Positions 21,887-32,633 of a stretch of DNA of 64,000 nucleotides are shown piece by piece; positions within the stretch are counted from its first letter, which is position 1; every line of letters begins with the position of its first letter. The translations under genes were made by a program, and so were the position numbers. The notes under the pieces are model-generated. The model ran no database searches. It was not told the origin of the DNA and saw nothing but the letters and a program-made list of their open reading frames with translations. Location: contig OZ076409.1 of the NCBI GenBank assembly GCA_964187785.1, forward strand, positions 56,732,001 through 56,796,000. Direction: 5' to 3'. Source of the stretch: Amphiscolops sp. MND2022. Its lineage: Eukaryota.

Positions 21887-24800
21887 CTAAGAGCAGTTGC
21901 AGAAATCTTCTGTTAGCGTCTCTGCAGTTCTGGGAGCTTCCGTTTCGGCCTGGATCGCAGTTTCAGTTTCGGTTTTTCTCGGTGTTTCTTTCTTCCTCGT
22001 TCTTGCCTTCGCTCGAATCAGCCGTTTCTTCTGTGCCTTGGGTGGTCTCCCCCTCCCCCTTTTAAAAGAAGGAGCGGTCCCCGCTCCTGGCGAAGTCTCG
22101 GGAGCATCAGGCAGATCGGGCTGAACGTCGCTGTCGCTGCTGGCAGATTTGAGGGGAATCGGAGGGGCGGTCGGCCATATGGGATAGTTACTAAGAAAGT
22201 TGGTTAGCGAGGGATTCGTCAACAAGGATGCTGAGGTTCCTGGTAACGATGTCTCTTCTTCAGAGGATATCTGCGGAGACGGTGAGCGCACGCGCTCATG
22301 GTCAGAGAACAGTTGGGGTAGTACACGGGCAGGGGATATCGACTGATCCAATGTAGTCGGAGGAGCCGCAGGCTCCACCCTATCCTCGTCAACGGGATTA
22401 GGAGGTATTGGCAACATGGCATCGGATAGTTCGTCGTCTGTACCCGAGGTGGAATAGTCAAATTGCTGATAATGTGGGCGGGAGCCGCCTGCGCGAAGCT
22501 TCGTGCGTAGTCGAGTGTCCATCCAGTGACGTCGACGTGAGGGCAAAGATGCATCGGACGCCTCTGAAAGTAGTTGTTCGGGTTTATACGACGATAAAGA
22601 CTGGTCGTCATCAACTACGTCGACGGAACGTTCAGGTTCGGGGTCCATGAGGACCACCACCTCACCACTGTCCGAGTGTGCAGTAGCAAGTTCAAGTGGG
22701 CCACTGTGGTGCGGTTTGAGACGCTCAAAATGAACCTTTTGACCTGTGTCTAGTACATAGACACGACCGTCCTGAAAAACTTGTACCACTTTGTGCGGGC
22801 CTCGCCAGGCACGCATCAATTTCGGGGAACCCTTTTGCGGTACGTAGCTGCAAAAAACCCAGACGAGCTCGCCTACTTGGTAAGCTCGCGCTTGTATAGC
22901 ACGGTCGTACTTCAACTTTTGACGCAATTGGGCTTGGTGCGTGTTACGCCGTACCAGGTCATGTATTTCCTGTTGGCGAGCCAATACATGATCGACATAC
23001 GCCTCATGCGACTCGAATGATTTGGCTGCAAACTCGGGATACAAGAACGTGAGAGGGATGGCCTTCTCTACGCCACGGGTCAGCATGTAGGGAGAGAAGC
23101 CAGTGGTAGCGTGCCTCGTAGAGTTGTAGGCACCCATGACCTCATCAAGACATTGGTCCCAATCGCGCATACGGCGGGAACAAAAAACTCGCAGTAGGGT
23201 CAGCAGCGTCCGATTTTGGCGCTCGACCAAGCCTTGGGTTCTCGGATGGCTAGCTGTAGAGGTTACTTTGGTAACGTGGGCTGCTTTTAGGAATTCGTTG
23301 GACACCTCGGCAGTCAAATTAGGGGCATTGTCAGACTGCATCCTAGTGGGTGTGCCATGACGGGCGAACCACTTTTGTAACAGCAACCGAGAGGTAGTCA
23401 CAGCGTCGTAGTCATGATGACTACAGGGCACTGCCTCCGCGAACTTGGAGAAATGGTCAATTATGACCAAAATGCCAGTGTTATTACTGTCTGAGGGGCA
23501 GATTTTCAGATGATCATATTGAACCAATTCGTTGAAGTATCCGCTTTGGATGTTCTTCAGATGGAATCGGACGTCGCCAGGCTTATCCCGCACTTGTTGA
23601 CAGGTGAGGCATTGGCCAACGTAACGGCCCACGCTGCGCCGAATACCAGGCCATGTGTGACGTTCTTGAATCCTAGCCACCACTTTGGAGATACCTTGAT
23701 GTCCCATGGCGTCATGCGCGCGGAATAAAATCTCATGCTGGTACAGTTGTGGCATGACGATCATGCACGGACGTTCGTGCAGGGGACGTTGGTTGGGAGG
23801 GTATTGTACGCAAAGTACACCATTCTTGTTGATAAACAGGAGGGTTTTCTTCTGACGGTAGTAGTTGCGTGCGAACTCACGCACGTTCTCGGGAAACACG
23901 TCGTGATCAATAGATTCGTTCAGCACCAACTTTTTGAGTGCTAGCACATGAACATCACGGTTTTGGGCTAGAACCAAATCTTTGATACCATGCACGGTGT
24001 GAGCATGTTCGTGAAGTTCAGTGTTGATATCTTTAAGAGCCATAATTGAGTCGCGCACACCCGAGGGAGTACCTTGCAACGCCACAGGATTCGCCCCGGC
24101 AATAGCATAGACGGTACGCGAGGGAACATTTACGGCATGCGTTGGCAATAGATAATCTTCGCGTGCTTCATCAGTCACATCAATCCAATCCTCAGGGTAG
24201 TCTGGATAGGCATCCTCGTGCAGTTGCAGAGCAAGGGCAGGCGGAGGTGGCAAAGGGGCTGCGAATGCTTTCGCTTGTCTGTCCCTCCTGCTCGCTCGTT
24301 TGGTGCGGCGAAGCACGCGTAGCAATTGGTCGGGAGCCTTAGGCTCCAAGTTCTGCAGGTGCGCAGGTAACTCGGGATGGTTCGGGATGACTCGACCCTG
24401 AAGGTCGAACCATGGGGCAACAGGTAGCTTATCAAATTCGTCAGCTGAAAGAAAGTTCCAGCGTTCGCCCGCAGCTGGCTGCTGTGCAAGCTGTTTTTCG
24501 CGGCATCGGTACTCGTTGGTTCGTTTGCTCAAGCCATCGGCGTTTCGATGTTGGGTCCTTGGGCGGTGTTCCACGCGAAAGTGATATTTCTCCAGGGTCA
24601 TGATCCATCGGCCGATTAACGCTTGATCCGTGGAGTAGGTTTTCAACCAGGACAAAGCTTGGTTGTCCACCCGCAGGGTGAACTTTCGGGGACATAAATA
24701 GCTGTGGTTCTTCACTATGAAATAGTAAGCGGCGAACATTTCAAGTTTGGGGGCTCCGTATTTGGCTTGTGTGGTGGTGAGCTTCTTGCTACCGTAAACT

Positions 24801-27586
24801 ATCGGTCTCAGGCGTCGTTCACCCGGAGGACCTTGCCACTGGTGCAGGATACCCGAAATGGCGACAGCACTAGCGTCAGTGTCTAACACAAACTCTCCTT
24901 CGGAATCAGGCTGCGCGAGCGCAGTTGCCTCGATCAGGGCTTTTTTGATCTCATTGAATGCGGTTTGTTGCTCAGGACCCCAGGCGAAGGTGGCATTCAG
25001 TCCAGTGACGGCGTGCAGGGGTGCAACCAGCTTGGCGTGCCAAGGAATGAACTCGCGATAATAGTTGGCAAATCCAAGGAAACTCTGCATTTCCGTCTTG
25101 TTGCGGGGAATTTCCCAATCACGCAACTTGACGACGGCTTTTGGGTCGGGCTTCACTCCTTCTGCGGATACCACTCGTCCCAAGTACTTGATTTCCGATT
25201 TCATGAAATCGCATTTGGCCACGCGCATTTTGAAACCGGCTTCACGGAGACATTCAAAGACTTCACGCAGACGTACCATATGGTCTTCCACAGTCTCCGT
25301 GGCAATCACGATATCATCAATGTAGGCCATGACCATGCTGCCCTCACGATTGACAATATTCCTTAGCGCACGCGCTATTGACCGTTGAAACGTGGCAGAT
25401 GCATTGCACATACCAAATGGCATTCGCCGCCACTCAAAAAGTCCTAATTCGCAAGCAAAAGCGGTTTTGTGGCGATCCGCTTTGCGCACGGGAATTTGCC
25501 AAAAGGCCCAAGCAAGGTCTATGCTGGTATAGATCTTTGCTTTGCCTAGCCGTGCCAGGCTTTCATCGATGCGGGGCAAGGGATAAGCATCCTTAATGGT
25601 TACCTCATTTAACGGGCGGAAGTCGCAGCAAAAGCGCAACTCCCCGTTTTTCTTTTTCACCATTACAATGCCGCTCGCCCAGGGGGACAGCGAGGGCTGT
25701 ATCATTCCCAGAGCTAATAGGTTCCGTACCTCCTGATTGGCACGTTCGGCCTTCTCAGGAGACATCCGGCGAGCACCTTCGCGATGCGGTACAGCCCCTG
25801 GTTCCACCTCCACGGTGTGCTTAGCGATAGTGCACCGACCGATGTCTGCTTTGTGTTTCATGAACAGCTCATCGAATTCATCGAGGAGGTTACGGAGAGA
25901 TTCGCAGGCGCTAGCGCCCCACAAATCCTTGACCGCCTTGAGCTGAGATTCCGGCCCAGGAATCGGAGCCATTAGCTCTGGGTCTGCTCGTTTGCGAATC
26001 TCGCGCTCCGATAGTCCTGCCTCGCTAGGGTCAGTAGAGGACAAAAACTCAAATTCGGAAGAAGAGGTTAACTCAGAAGCAGTAGATAGATTCACTTCAC
26101 TATAAACTTTATGAACAAAATTTGCACGACCGTCGTCGGCGTCAGTTTTAGTGCCGGTTGTAGTGGGAGAGTCCAAACATTGAGGTACTGCTTGGTATAC
26201 TACCGTTACGGGTACTACGGTGCCCAGTTGTACACCACACCGCATACGTTGAGGGTTGCTGGTGAGATTTATCAGACTCACAAAGAGTGTTCCTGTCTCA
26301 CTGACAGTGGCCACGCTGTCCTCTAAAAAGACGACATTGTGCAACGTAGTGTCAGACAAAGAGGCATTGAGCGCTACGCTTTGAAAAATCAGCGGCTCTA
26401 GTGTGTTGGTGACGAGCTTGGCTCTAGCCACCGCTCGTTCAAAAGGTTGCAGGACCAAATCACTGTCCAAAACGACTGGAGTAGCTATTGAAGTGTCACC
26501 TACCTGTGCGTGAGCATGATGCCACACAGGCTTCACTGGTGCTCGCACCACAATCTTCATAGATGTTAGATCCACTAACACCTGGTAGGAGCGAAGAAAG
26601 TTCCGGCCAAGTAGGAAGTCTTCCACGCCCATTGCGTCATCTACCACCACAAAGTTCGTTTCAAGTTCGTATCCTCCCAGCTGGAAATGGATGTGTTCTG
26701 CGAGGCCGTAGGTTTTTATTGTCTTCCCGTTGGCTGCGTATAGGTCAACTTGGTAGGGTTTAAGTACCGTTCCAGTTCGAGCTGCCACTCTGTTGAAGGC
26801 GGAAAACGTCAGTATGGAGACGCCCGAGCCAGTGTCCACCAGTCCTCGCAGCGGAATAGGTGCTGCATGAGGCACCACGAAAGAGACCACGAGCGACGCA
26901 CGCTCATCTATACGCGCTTCGCCGGTGGGCTCCTGGTGATTGATGTTATAGCATTTGAGCTCCTGGGGACCCAGACAAATGCCAGGGGGAAACACATCCA
27001 CCACCACACAGGCTTCGAACTTCATGTCCACTCCATCCATTGAAGCGCAGACTGGCACTGGGGAATACGTTGTCAGAGTCGCAGACTCTCCCGGAGCGTA
27101 CCATTCTTTCGGTCGAGGTAACTCGTTTCGTTTATAGAGGATAGATAATTCGACCCATAGCTTCGCCAGAGTTAGCGTCGGCCTACGTGTTTGCTCAGCT
27201 GCCAGCAACAGGTGAATTGAAATCAGTGTACGTCCTTGCGGATCGAACGTTGTGGGTTCCAAGCAGGTTTGAACTTGCTTAGCACCACAAGTGAAAGTCA
27301 TCGGAGTGTGGAACGCAGGCGGTTCCGCTGGATGTAGCATCAACACACGGGTATCTTCCAAAGGTACGGTGTGCGCGGCGATGCCAGCCGATTCAACCTC
27401 AGCCCACCGATTGTAGGCCAACTCTTCATTGGGTTTCGGCGCATGGGAGTGCTCTCCACATTGCACTTCCGCCTGATCAAAAAGGCCACAGCTCGCGCAT
27501 TGATAGATCCCTGGATGACCTTCAAGGATACCATCGGTCGTGTCTTCCGTGGTCACCTTCACGCCCTCTGGTTCGGAGGCAGTCAT
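21887..27586 (-). CDS. pol: Pol polyprotein (degenerate PR + PR, dUTPase-like region, RT, RNase H, integrase, AT-hook tail)
   Basis: LVDTGSG and LLGRNFL (protease); YIDD at 25313-25324; RNase H LDTDAS/VDNQAL; integrase H-H-CLTC, YDHL/QSDN/VER, GPH; KRGRGRPPK. The frame extends upstream to ~27710 and includes CFHCGQNGHFAREC. Confidence 0.95.
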   Translation of the reverse strand: MTASEPEGVKVTTEDTTDGILEGHPGIYQCASCGLFDQAEVQCGEHSHAPKPNEELAYNRWAEVESAGIAAHTVPLEDTRVLMLHPAEPPAFHTPMTFTCGAKQVQTCLEPTTFDPQGRTLISIHLLLAAEQTRRPTLTLAKLWVELSILYKRNELPRPKEWYAPGESATLTTYSPVPVCASMDGVDMKFEACVVVDVFPPGICLGPQELKCYNINHQEPTGEARIDERASLVVSFVVPHAAPIPLRGLVDTGSGVSILTFSAFNRVAARTGTVLKPYQVDLYAANGKTIKTYGLAEHIHFQLGGYELETNFVVVDDAMGVEDFLLGRNFLRSYQVLVDLTSMKIVVRAPVKPVWHHAHAQVGDTSIATPVVLDSDLVLQPFERAVARAKLVTNTLEPLIFQSVALNASLSDTTLHNVVFLEDSVATVSETGTLFVSLINLTSNPQRMRCGVQLGTVVPVTVVYQAVPQCLDSPTTTGTKTDADDGRANFVHKVYSEVNLSTASELTSSSEFEFLSSTDPSEAGLSEREIRKRADPELMAPIPGPESQLKAVKDLWGASACESLRNLLDEFDELFMKHKADIGRCTIAKHTVEVEPGAVPHREGARRMSPEKAERANQEVRNLLALGMIQPSLSPWASGIVMVKKKNGELRFCCDFRPLNEVTIKDAYPLPRIDESLARLGKAKIYTSIDLAWAFWQIPVRKADRHKTAFACELGLFEWRRMPFGMCNASATFQRSIARALRNIVNREGSMVMAYIDDIVIATETVEDHMVRLREVFECLREAGFKMRVAKCDFMKSEIKYLGRVVSAEGVKPDPKAVVKLRDWEIPRNKTEMQSFLGFANYYREFIPWHAKLVAPLHAVTGLNATFAWGPEQQTAFNEIKKALIEATALAQPDSEGEFVLDTDASAVAISGILHQWQGPPGERRLRPIVYGSKKLTTTQAKYGAPKLEMFAAYYFIVKNHSYLCPRKFTLRVDNQALSWLKTYSTDQALIGRWIMTLEKYHFRVEHRPRTQHRNADGLSKRTNEYRCREKQLAQQPAAGERWNFLSADEFDKLPVAPWFDLQGRVIPNHPELPAHLQNLEPKAPDQLLRVLRRTKRASRRDRQAKAFAAPLPPPPALALQLHEDAYPDYPEDWIDVTDEAREDYLLPTHAVNVPSRTVYAIAGANPVALQGTPSGVRDSIMALKDINTELHEHAHTVHGIKDLVLAQNRDVHVLALKKLVLNESIDHDVFPENVREFARNYYRQKKTLLFINKNGVLCVQYPPNQRPLHERPCMIVMPQLYQHEILFRAHDAMGHQGISKVVARIQERHTWPGIRRSVGRYVGQCLTCQQVRDKPGDVRFHLKNIQSGYFNELVQYDHLKICPSDSNNTGILVIIDHFSKFAEAVPCSHHDYDAVTTSRLLLQKWFARHGTPTRMQSDNAPNLTAEVSNEFLKAAHVTKVTSTASHPRTQGLVERQNRTLLTLLRVFCSRRMRDWDQCLDEVMGAYNSTRHATTGFSPYMLTRGVEKAIPLTFLYPEFAAKSFESHEAYVDHVLARQQEIHDLVRRNTHQAQLRQKLKYDRAIQARAYQVGELVWVFCSYVPQKGSPKLMRAWRGPHKVVQVFQDGRVYVLDTGQKVHFERLKPHHSGPLELATAHSDSGEVVVLMDPEPERSVDVVDDDQSLSSYKPEQLLSEASDASLPSRRRHWMDTRLRTKLRAGGSRPHYQQFDYSTSGTDDELSDAMLPIPPNPVDEDRVEPAAPPTTLDQSISPARVLPQLFSDHERVRSPSPQISSEEETSLPGTSASLLTNPSLTNFLSNYPIWPTAPPIPLKSASSDSDVQPDLPDAPETSPGAGTAPSFKRGRGRPPKAQKKRLIRAKARTRKKETPRKTETETAIQAETEAPRTAETLTEDFCNCS

Positions 27587-27602
27587 TGGTTTTCGGGCCT
27601 GG

Positions 27603-29930
27603 TCACGATTGGGGCACTCGCGAGCAAAATGTCCGTTTTGCCCACAGTGAAAACAAGCACCTACTGGCGCTCGGACGGGAGCTGGGACAGCCGGAGCTGG
27701 GACATTTTGGGGGGGGCGCCGGAGGTGGCAAGACGCCCTGCGGCATAACCATCTTGTTCGGCGGTAGTGGTGCGAAAGGATGAGGTCTAGACCTCATGGC
27801 TAATCGGGGATCATAGGGTTGTTGAGGTTGGGTGGGTCTGGGACGATTGCGTTGCAGCTGACGTGTGGTAAATCGCAAGGACTCCACGGTAGGGGGTTCG
27901 GTAAGAAAAGTTTCCGAGGCGTATACTATAGCAAGTTCACGCCTCAACACTGGATCTCGCACACCTTCCATGAAGCGTTGCAGGATTTCATAGCGTTTCG
28001 TAGTGATACTTTCTTGCGGGAACCCTTGGCTCCTGAGACCCTCTAAAGCGTCTAAGTACTGCATCCAGTCTTCTTTTTCTTGTTGGACGCGGCCTTGGAA
28101 AGTCTGCCGCACCTGCATGCGATTTCCTCCCGCGCCAAATCGACTAGATAGCAGCTCGAACACCTTCTCGGGGGTGTCACGTTCAGACTCTGCCTTGTTG
28201 ATAATGTAGTTGCGAGCCTCACCCTCGAGGTGACCGATAATACTCCAGGCCCGATCTTCGGCCGAGATTTTGGTTTGGATTCTTTTTAAGTATCGCTGCA
28301 TCACTAGGATCCAGCCATCAATAGATCCATCCTTAGAGCCTCGATACACACTGGGTTTGGTCTGAGCCAGGTCACGTCCCGCAAGTAACGGTGCTAGTTC
28401 TTTGGACATTGCTTTGGAAATGGCGGCAGTGAACCTCAATTGTTCAGGAGAAATGACTTCAGCCTCTCCTTCTTTAGGCGCCACATCATCGGTGCCGTCG
28501 TCACTGCCATGCGTAGCTCGCACTGAGAGGTTCGTCACGTCTTCTTTCCTGCGAGTGCTGCTCGCGCAAGGAGCGCCCGAGGGCATCCCGTCCTCAGCTG
28601 TCCAGTCGGCGGTCAGATACATGGAGTCCGTTCCAGAAACCATGGTAGGTGCCGTCACATATGCAGCTCCATCGGTCTGGGACCCTAGTGTGGCCTTAGT
28701 ACAGGATAAATCAACTTCGGTAGAAGTATCTAGATAGATAGGTGACATCGGGTCCACACCTTGGTCTCGGGTGGCACTTCGAACTATGGAGGATGTCATT
28801 TGGCTCATCGACGAGGAGTCGTGGGGCCCTCTTACCTGCACCCGTGCAGGTTTGCGCTCCACAGCAGCCAGGATGGGCACAGGATCCCTGGTTCGGGCTT
28901 CAGGCGTTGTCGACTTGGAGGTGCTGGGCTTCAATACGCTCGCCAACTCGGGTTTTGTTGCCTGACTCCGGTGCGATGATTCCGTGGCCTTCATTGAATC
29001 CGCGATCGGCACACCTTCAGCGGCACCAGCTTGTCGTGGGAGGGACCTTTCGCGCCTCATGATGTTGATAGCATTGAGCACAGTGTGCATTTGGTTACTC
29101 AAATCATTGATCTGGGTTTCCACACGAAGTTCACGGGCCATCAGAAGGTCATTCATCTCACCCATTCTGTATCCTAGTGCATCTACGCGAGCGCTCTGCG
29201 TATTCTGCGCGGTTCGCAGTTGATCACTGACCTGCAGACCTTCTCGCATCGTTGTCTGCAATGTTCTCATATTTTCTGCGATGGCACGGTGTTGGTCATT
29301 GCATCCAGCACGAGTGCTAGCCAGTTCAGCTAAGGCACGTTGGGTCTCGGCTTGGGCTTCCAATATTGCTGCTTTGTACACCGAAGATCGTTGGGATGAT
29401 GCCACTGAACCTGCCACGCTCCTCTTACGAGGCACCTCAACTTGACGTTCACCTACATTTATCATGGGTGGTCGCACTTTCTTGTGTTTGCCATAAGCAC
29501 AAACTCTAGTGTTACTTCGAGTGACTCCAGTCCCTTGCGGTCTCGCACCACTCGGGTTTTCCGAGTAGGTAAGATCATCATCCACCGTGATTTGTAGGCG
29601 AGAGCTCATTTGCTCCCCTAGGGGTGCGCGAGAGCACCCTTCCTCAGCTGCAAGTTCGTTGGTCACGTTTGAGTTGGGCCACTCTTCCTCTGCTTCATTG
29701 GCTCTTTCACGACAGGTTTCTTCGACCCATTGTTCGGTTCGACGAGAGCTTCCAGATGCAACGGAGCCCTCGGAGGGAGGGACCATGGCGGCCAGTTCCT
29801 CCTTTCGTTGTTGCTCGATAGTGACTTCGTCAGACATTTCGTCTGAAAAATGCGAACCGTCCATTGTGGATCCTATGGTCACCCATGACTGCGAACTCAT
29901 GTCAAGCTTTTCCAGGCCTGGTAGGACCAT
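27603..29930 (-). CDS. gag: Gag (long N-terminal extension, coiled coil, capsid-like domain)
   Basis: 775-aa ORF upstream of pol; retrotransposon capsid motifs YRGSKDGSIDGWI, LEGEARNY, RVQQEKEDWMQY. The CCHC knuckle lies in the +1 frame beyond the G8 run at 27709-27716. Confidence 0.88.
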   Translation of the reverse strand: MVLPGLEKLDMSSQSWVTIGSTMDGSHFSDEMSDEVTIEQQRKEELAAMVPPSEGSVASGSSRRTEQWVEETCRERANEAEEEWPNSNVTNELAAEEGCSRAPLGEQMSSRLQITVDDDLTYSENPSGARPQGTGVTRSNTRVCAYGKHKKVRPPMINVGERQVEVPRKRSVAGSVASSQRSSVYKAAILEAQAETQRALAELASTRAGCNDQHRAIAENMRTLQTTMREGLQVSDQLRTAQNTQSARVDALGYRMGEMNDLLMARELRVETQINDLSNQMHTVLNAINIMRRERSLPRQAGAAEGVPIADSMKATESSHRSQATKPELASVLKPSTSKSTTPEARTRDPVPILAAVERKPARVQVRGPHDSSSMSQMTSSIVRSATRDQGVDPMSPIYLDTSTEVDLSCTKATLGSQTDGAAYVTAPTMVSGTDSMYLTADWTAEDGMPSGAPCASSTRRKEDVTNLSVRATHGSDDGTDDVAPKEGEAEVISPEQLRFTAAISKAMSKELAPLLAGRDLAQTKPSVYRGSKDGSIDGWILVMQRYLKRIQTKISAEDRAWSIIGHLEGEARNYIINKAESERDTPEKVFELLSSRFGAGGNRMQVRQTFQGRVQQEKEDWMQYLDALEGLRSQGFPQESITTKRYEILQRFMEGVRDPVLRRELAIVYASETFLTEPPTVESLRFTTRQLQRNRPRPTQPQQPYDPRLAMRSRPHPFAPLPPNKMVMPQGVLPPPAPPPKCPSSGCPSSRPSASRCLFSLWAKRTFCSRVPQS

Positions 29931-31146
29931 TACACAATGCCAATGGCAGAGTAGGTGTCAACGATTCGGACGTAGCCTTTGAAGAAGCCTCGAAAAACGC
30001 GGGATTGGTCGAGTCGCTGTTAGCTTTAGGCTCGTCTCGGTGTGGACTTAAGAAATTTGACTGTTTCACAACGTCCCAAATTTCTCGAAATGCGTTTTAA
30101 GGCTCGTAGGCTGTTCAAATTTACACAGCGCTTTTCCACAAGCACACTGGGCCAGAAAATCAACCTGGTTCGGGGCAAAACGTCTCCGGTCACTCACAGG
30201 AAGAATTTCAAAGATTTTTTGGATTTTCCAAAATTTGCACTACAACACTCAAAAGGCTCGTGTGTGCGCTGGAGGCGTTGTATCAAGCCCAAATTTGACC
30301 AGCAGATCTTAGGTACGTGTAGGTTTACGAAAATAAACACAGTTTTGAGCTGCGCCCCTTCTACACAGTTTCGCCTAGGTATAGACGTGCGGTACCACTA
30401 TGTACCAAAATACACTGTTTTTCACGTCTTTTTCAAGATTGCGGTCCACTGCAAAAATCTAGCAAGCTCAAATTCTCTGCAACAACGTAGGAACTAGCAC
30501 AGGCTACGATGATAGGCTGCAATATGGCCCCACCCGTCGGCTAAGGTGCCCGGGTTACTTGGATAAATTAAGAAAAAACTGCCTTTTTGCGCACTTTTTT
30601 GGGCGCCGCGTTTTTCCTATTTTCTCAACAGGTACCGCACAGATCGGCACCAAACTTGGTAGTTTATGCCAGTGGGCACCTACAATGCCACTGATATTGT
30701 CAAATTGAAGCGCAAGCGCTTATTTGAAGTCCCGACCTACTATGTACGTTGTACACAAAAAACACTGTTTTTGACGACTTTTTTCACAAATTGACCAAGA
30801 GGATCACCTCAGGAAGTAATACGGCGGGTAAAATGGGACCAGCGTGTCGCCCCGCTATCCGTAGCACTGGGATAAACCCTCTATTGGTTGTGCCCGTTAG
30901 GTATAAGGCACTGACGGTCTTGCAGTTTTGGATTTTTTCGGCTTTTTCAGCTTCTCTGGAGTCAAAACGTCAGAGAGCTTTTCTCGACTTTGGGGAACGA
31001 TACGCCCACCAAAATTTCGGCACTAACGTTACTTTCTGTGGTGGTTACGAAAATGCAACCACTTTTTGGCTAGGGTTCAGGAATCGATGACCCGACCCTA
31101 GCTCAGAGACAGTCCGGTTTTGTGGAAAATTGATCAGATTCAGTGC

Positions 31147-31420
31147 GTTTTTCCACTTTTCTCAGCACTGAATGGGAGTTTTTGCATGCGGTTTTCACCA
31201 CAATGCGTAAATTTTATTGTAAAAACAGAAAATGAGAGCGCGAAGGCTCCTAGCTAACAAAAAGACAGAGTGCCCAAGGGGTTTTAATTGCGTACTCAGA
31301 CACTCCTGAAGCTGACTAAAATCAAGGTTTTTCAACTTTTCTCAACACTGAAAAGGAGTTTTTGCACGCGGTTTTCACCACAGTGCGCTAATTTTATTGC
31401 CAAAACAGAAAATAAGAGCG
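31147..31420. repeat. ~94-bp imperfect direct repeat in the 5' leader of element A (31147-31240, 31327-31420)
   Basis: Shared acttttctca..cactgaa..ggagtttttgca.gcggttttcaccaca..aattttattg..aaaacagaaaat.agagcg, 180-bp period. Confidence 0.85.
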
Positions 31421-32600
31421 TTCAGACTCGCTCTGGTCCACTAAGCTTCACCCTCAAGACTTTCAGACAATGCACTTTCTATGCCTAAAAACACCTTAAA
31501 TTACCGGTTTTTTTGCACCGTGTCAGCCCCAGGCTGCCTGAATCCGCTGCAAAAGTTACAGTTAGTGTCCCGTGGGTTTACTACGCTTGACAAAACACTG
31601 TACACTGCTTTTTCATACTTCTACACCAGTGTACGCCTGTGTTTCTGGGTGCCATTTTGGTCAAAATTCCACTTTTTTGCAATTTTCTGGTGCTAGATCG
31701 GCACTTTTATCACAACCAAAGGCTAAATTACGGCCTTCTGTGCCTCGTAATAGCTTTCTCGAGCCTTGCAGCTGCTTTTTACAACACTTTTCACGAAGTT
31801 TTCCTGGCTCCGTTGAGCACAAGTGCTCAAAACCACGAAAAACACGAAAAAAACGCAAAATCAGGGTTTTTTCACGCAAGTGCTATCTTTTTTGCAGCAA
31901 AGCACTTCGTAGGGTGTCGTTACATCTACAACAAAACATTACTGACCTGCACCAACGATTCCCCGTCGAAAAAGGTGCATTTTCAAAAATTTCACCGACC
32001 ATGAGCCATTTGAGCGACGCGTCCGGTCACAGGGGGTGCACCTTCACCACGCTTTTTCTCCACATCCAGACCAGATAGAGACACGCGGGTTGGACCATTA
32101 GCATCGTCTGCAATTGCACTTGCTGTCCACCAAAAACCATACCTCTAGGACGTCTCCACGAGAAATGGGAGTAGGAAGTAGGCAACACACAATTTGACTT
32201 CCCCTTCGCCTCGCTGGTTCATGGTCAGCCATCCACCAGTCACCCTCTTGCATGGCATAAAATGGCTGAAAATAGCTTGCAAAACCTGTTAAACACCCGT
32301 AGCCACGTGCTACGGTCTTCAGCACCTGCAAAAAGATACCCGCTGATGGGCACACAACACATCACACAAAATTATCGATTTCCTTCCAAAACACCTAAAA
32401 ATACCATTTTCGCACCTGAAAACGTGATTTTTTCGGGTTTTCTCTGGTTCAACGCTTCTCCCAGTTCCAGTAGAATGTCACACGACTAAAAAAGGGCAAA
32501 ACTCTGCTTCTCTCTCCTTCGTCAGAGTCGAAACGGGCTTGGCGCTGATTACCAGGGGGCCAGATCTTTTAAAAACCGCTAGGGAAAGCTTCCCAAGACG

Positions 32601-32618
32601 ATCCCTCTGTGGTCGCCA
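32601..32618 (-). promoter_or_regulatory. Primer-binding site of element A, tRNA-Arg type
   Basis: TGGCGACCACAGAGGGAT on the minus strand, resembling the complement of a tRNA-Arg(UCG) 3' end (...UCCC-x-GUGGUCGCCA); lies 15 nt from the LTR. Confidence 0.75.
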
Positions 32619-32633
32619 AAAAATGAGGTTCTA

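Noticed and set aside
21888..21930. CTAAC...TAG looking like a splice acceptor at the Pol/macro break
   Set aside because: Absent in element C, no local donor; a 1-nt insertion in a low-complexity linker explains the break.
16438..29982. Many plus-strand and alternate-frame ORFs inside element A (likewise within B and C)
   Set aside because: Shadows of long coding frames; not consistently conserved between A and C.
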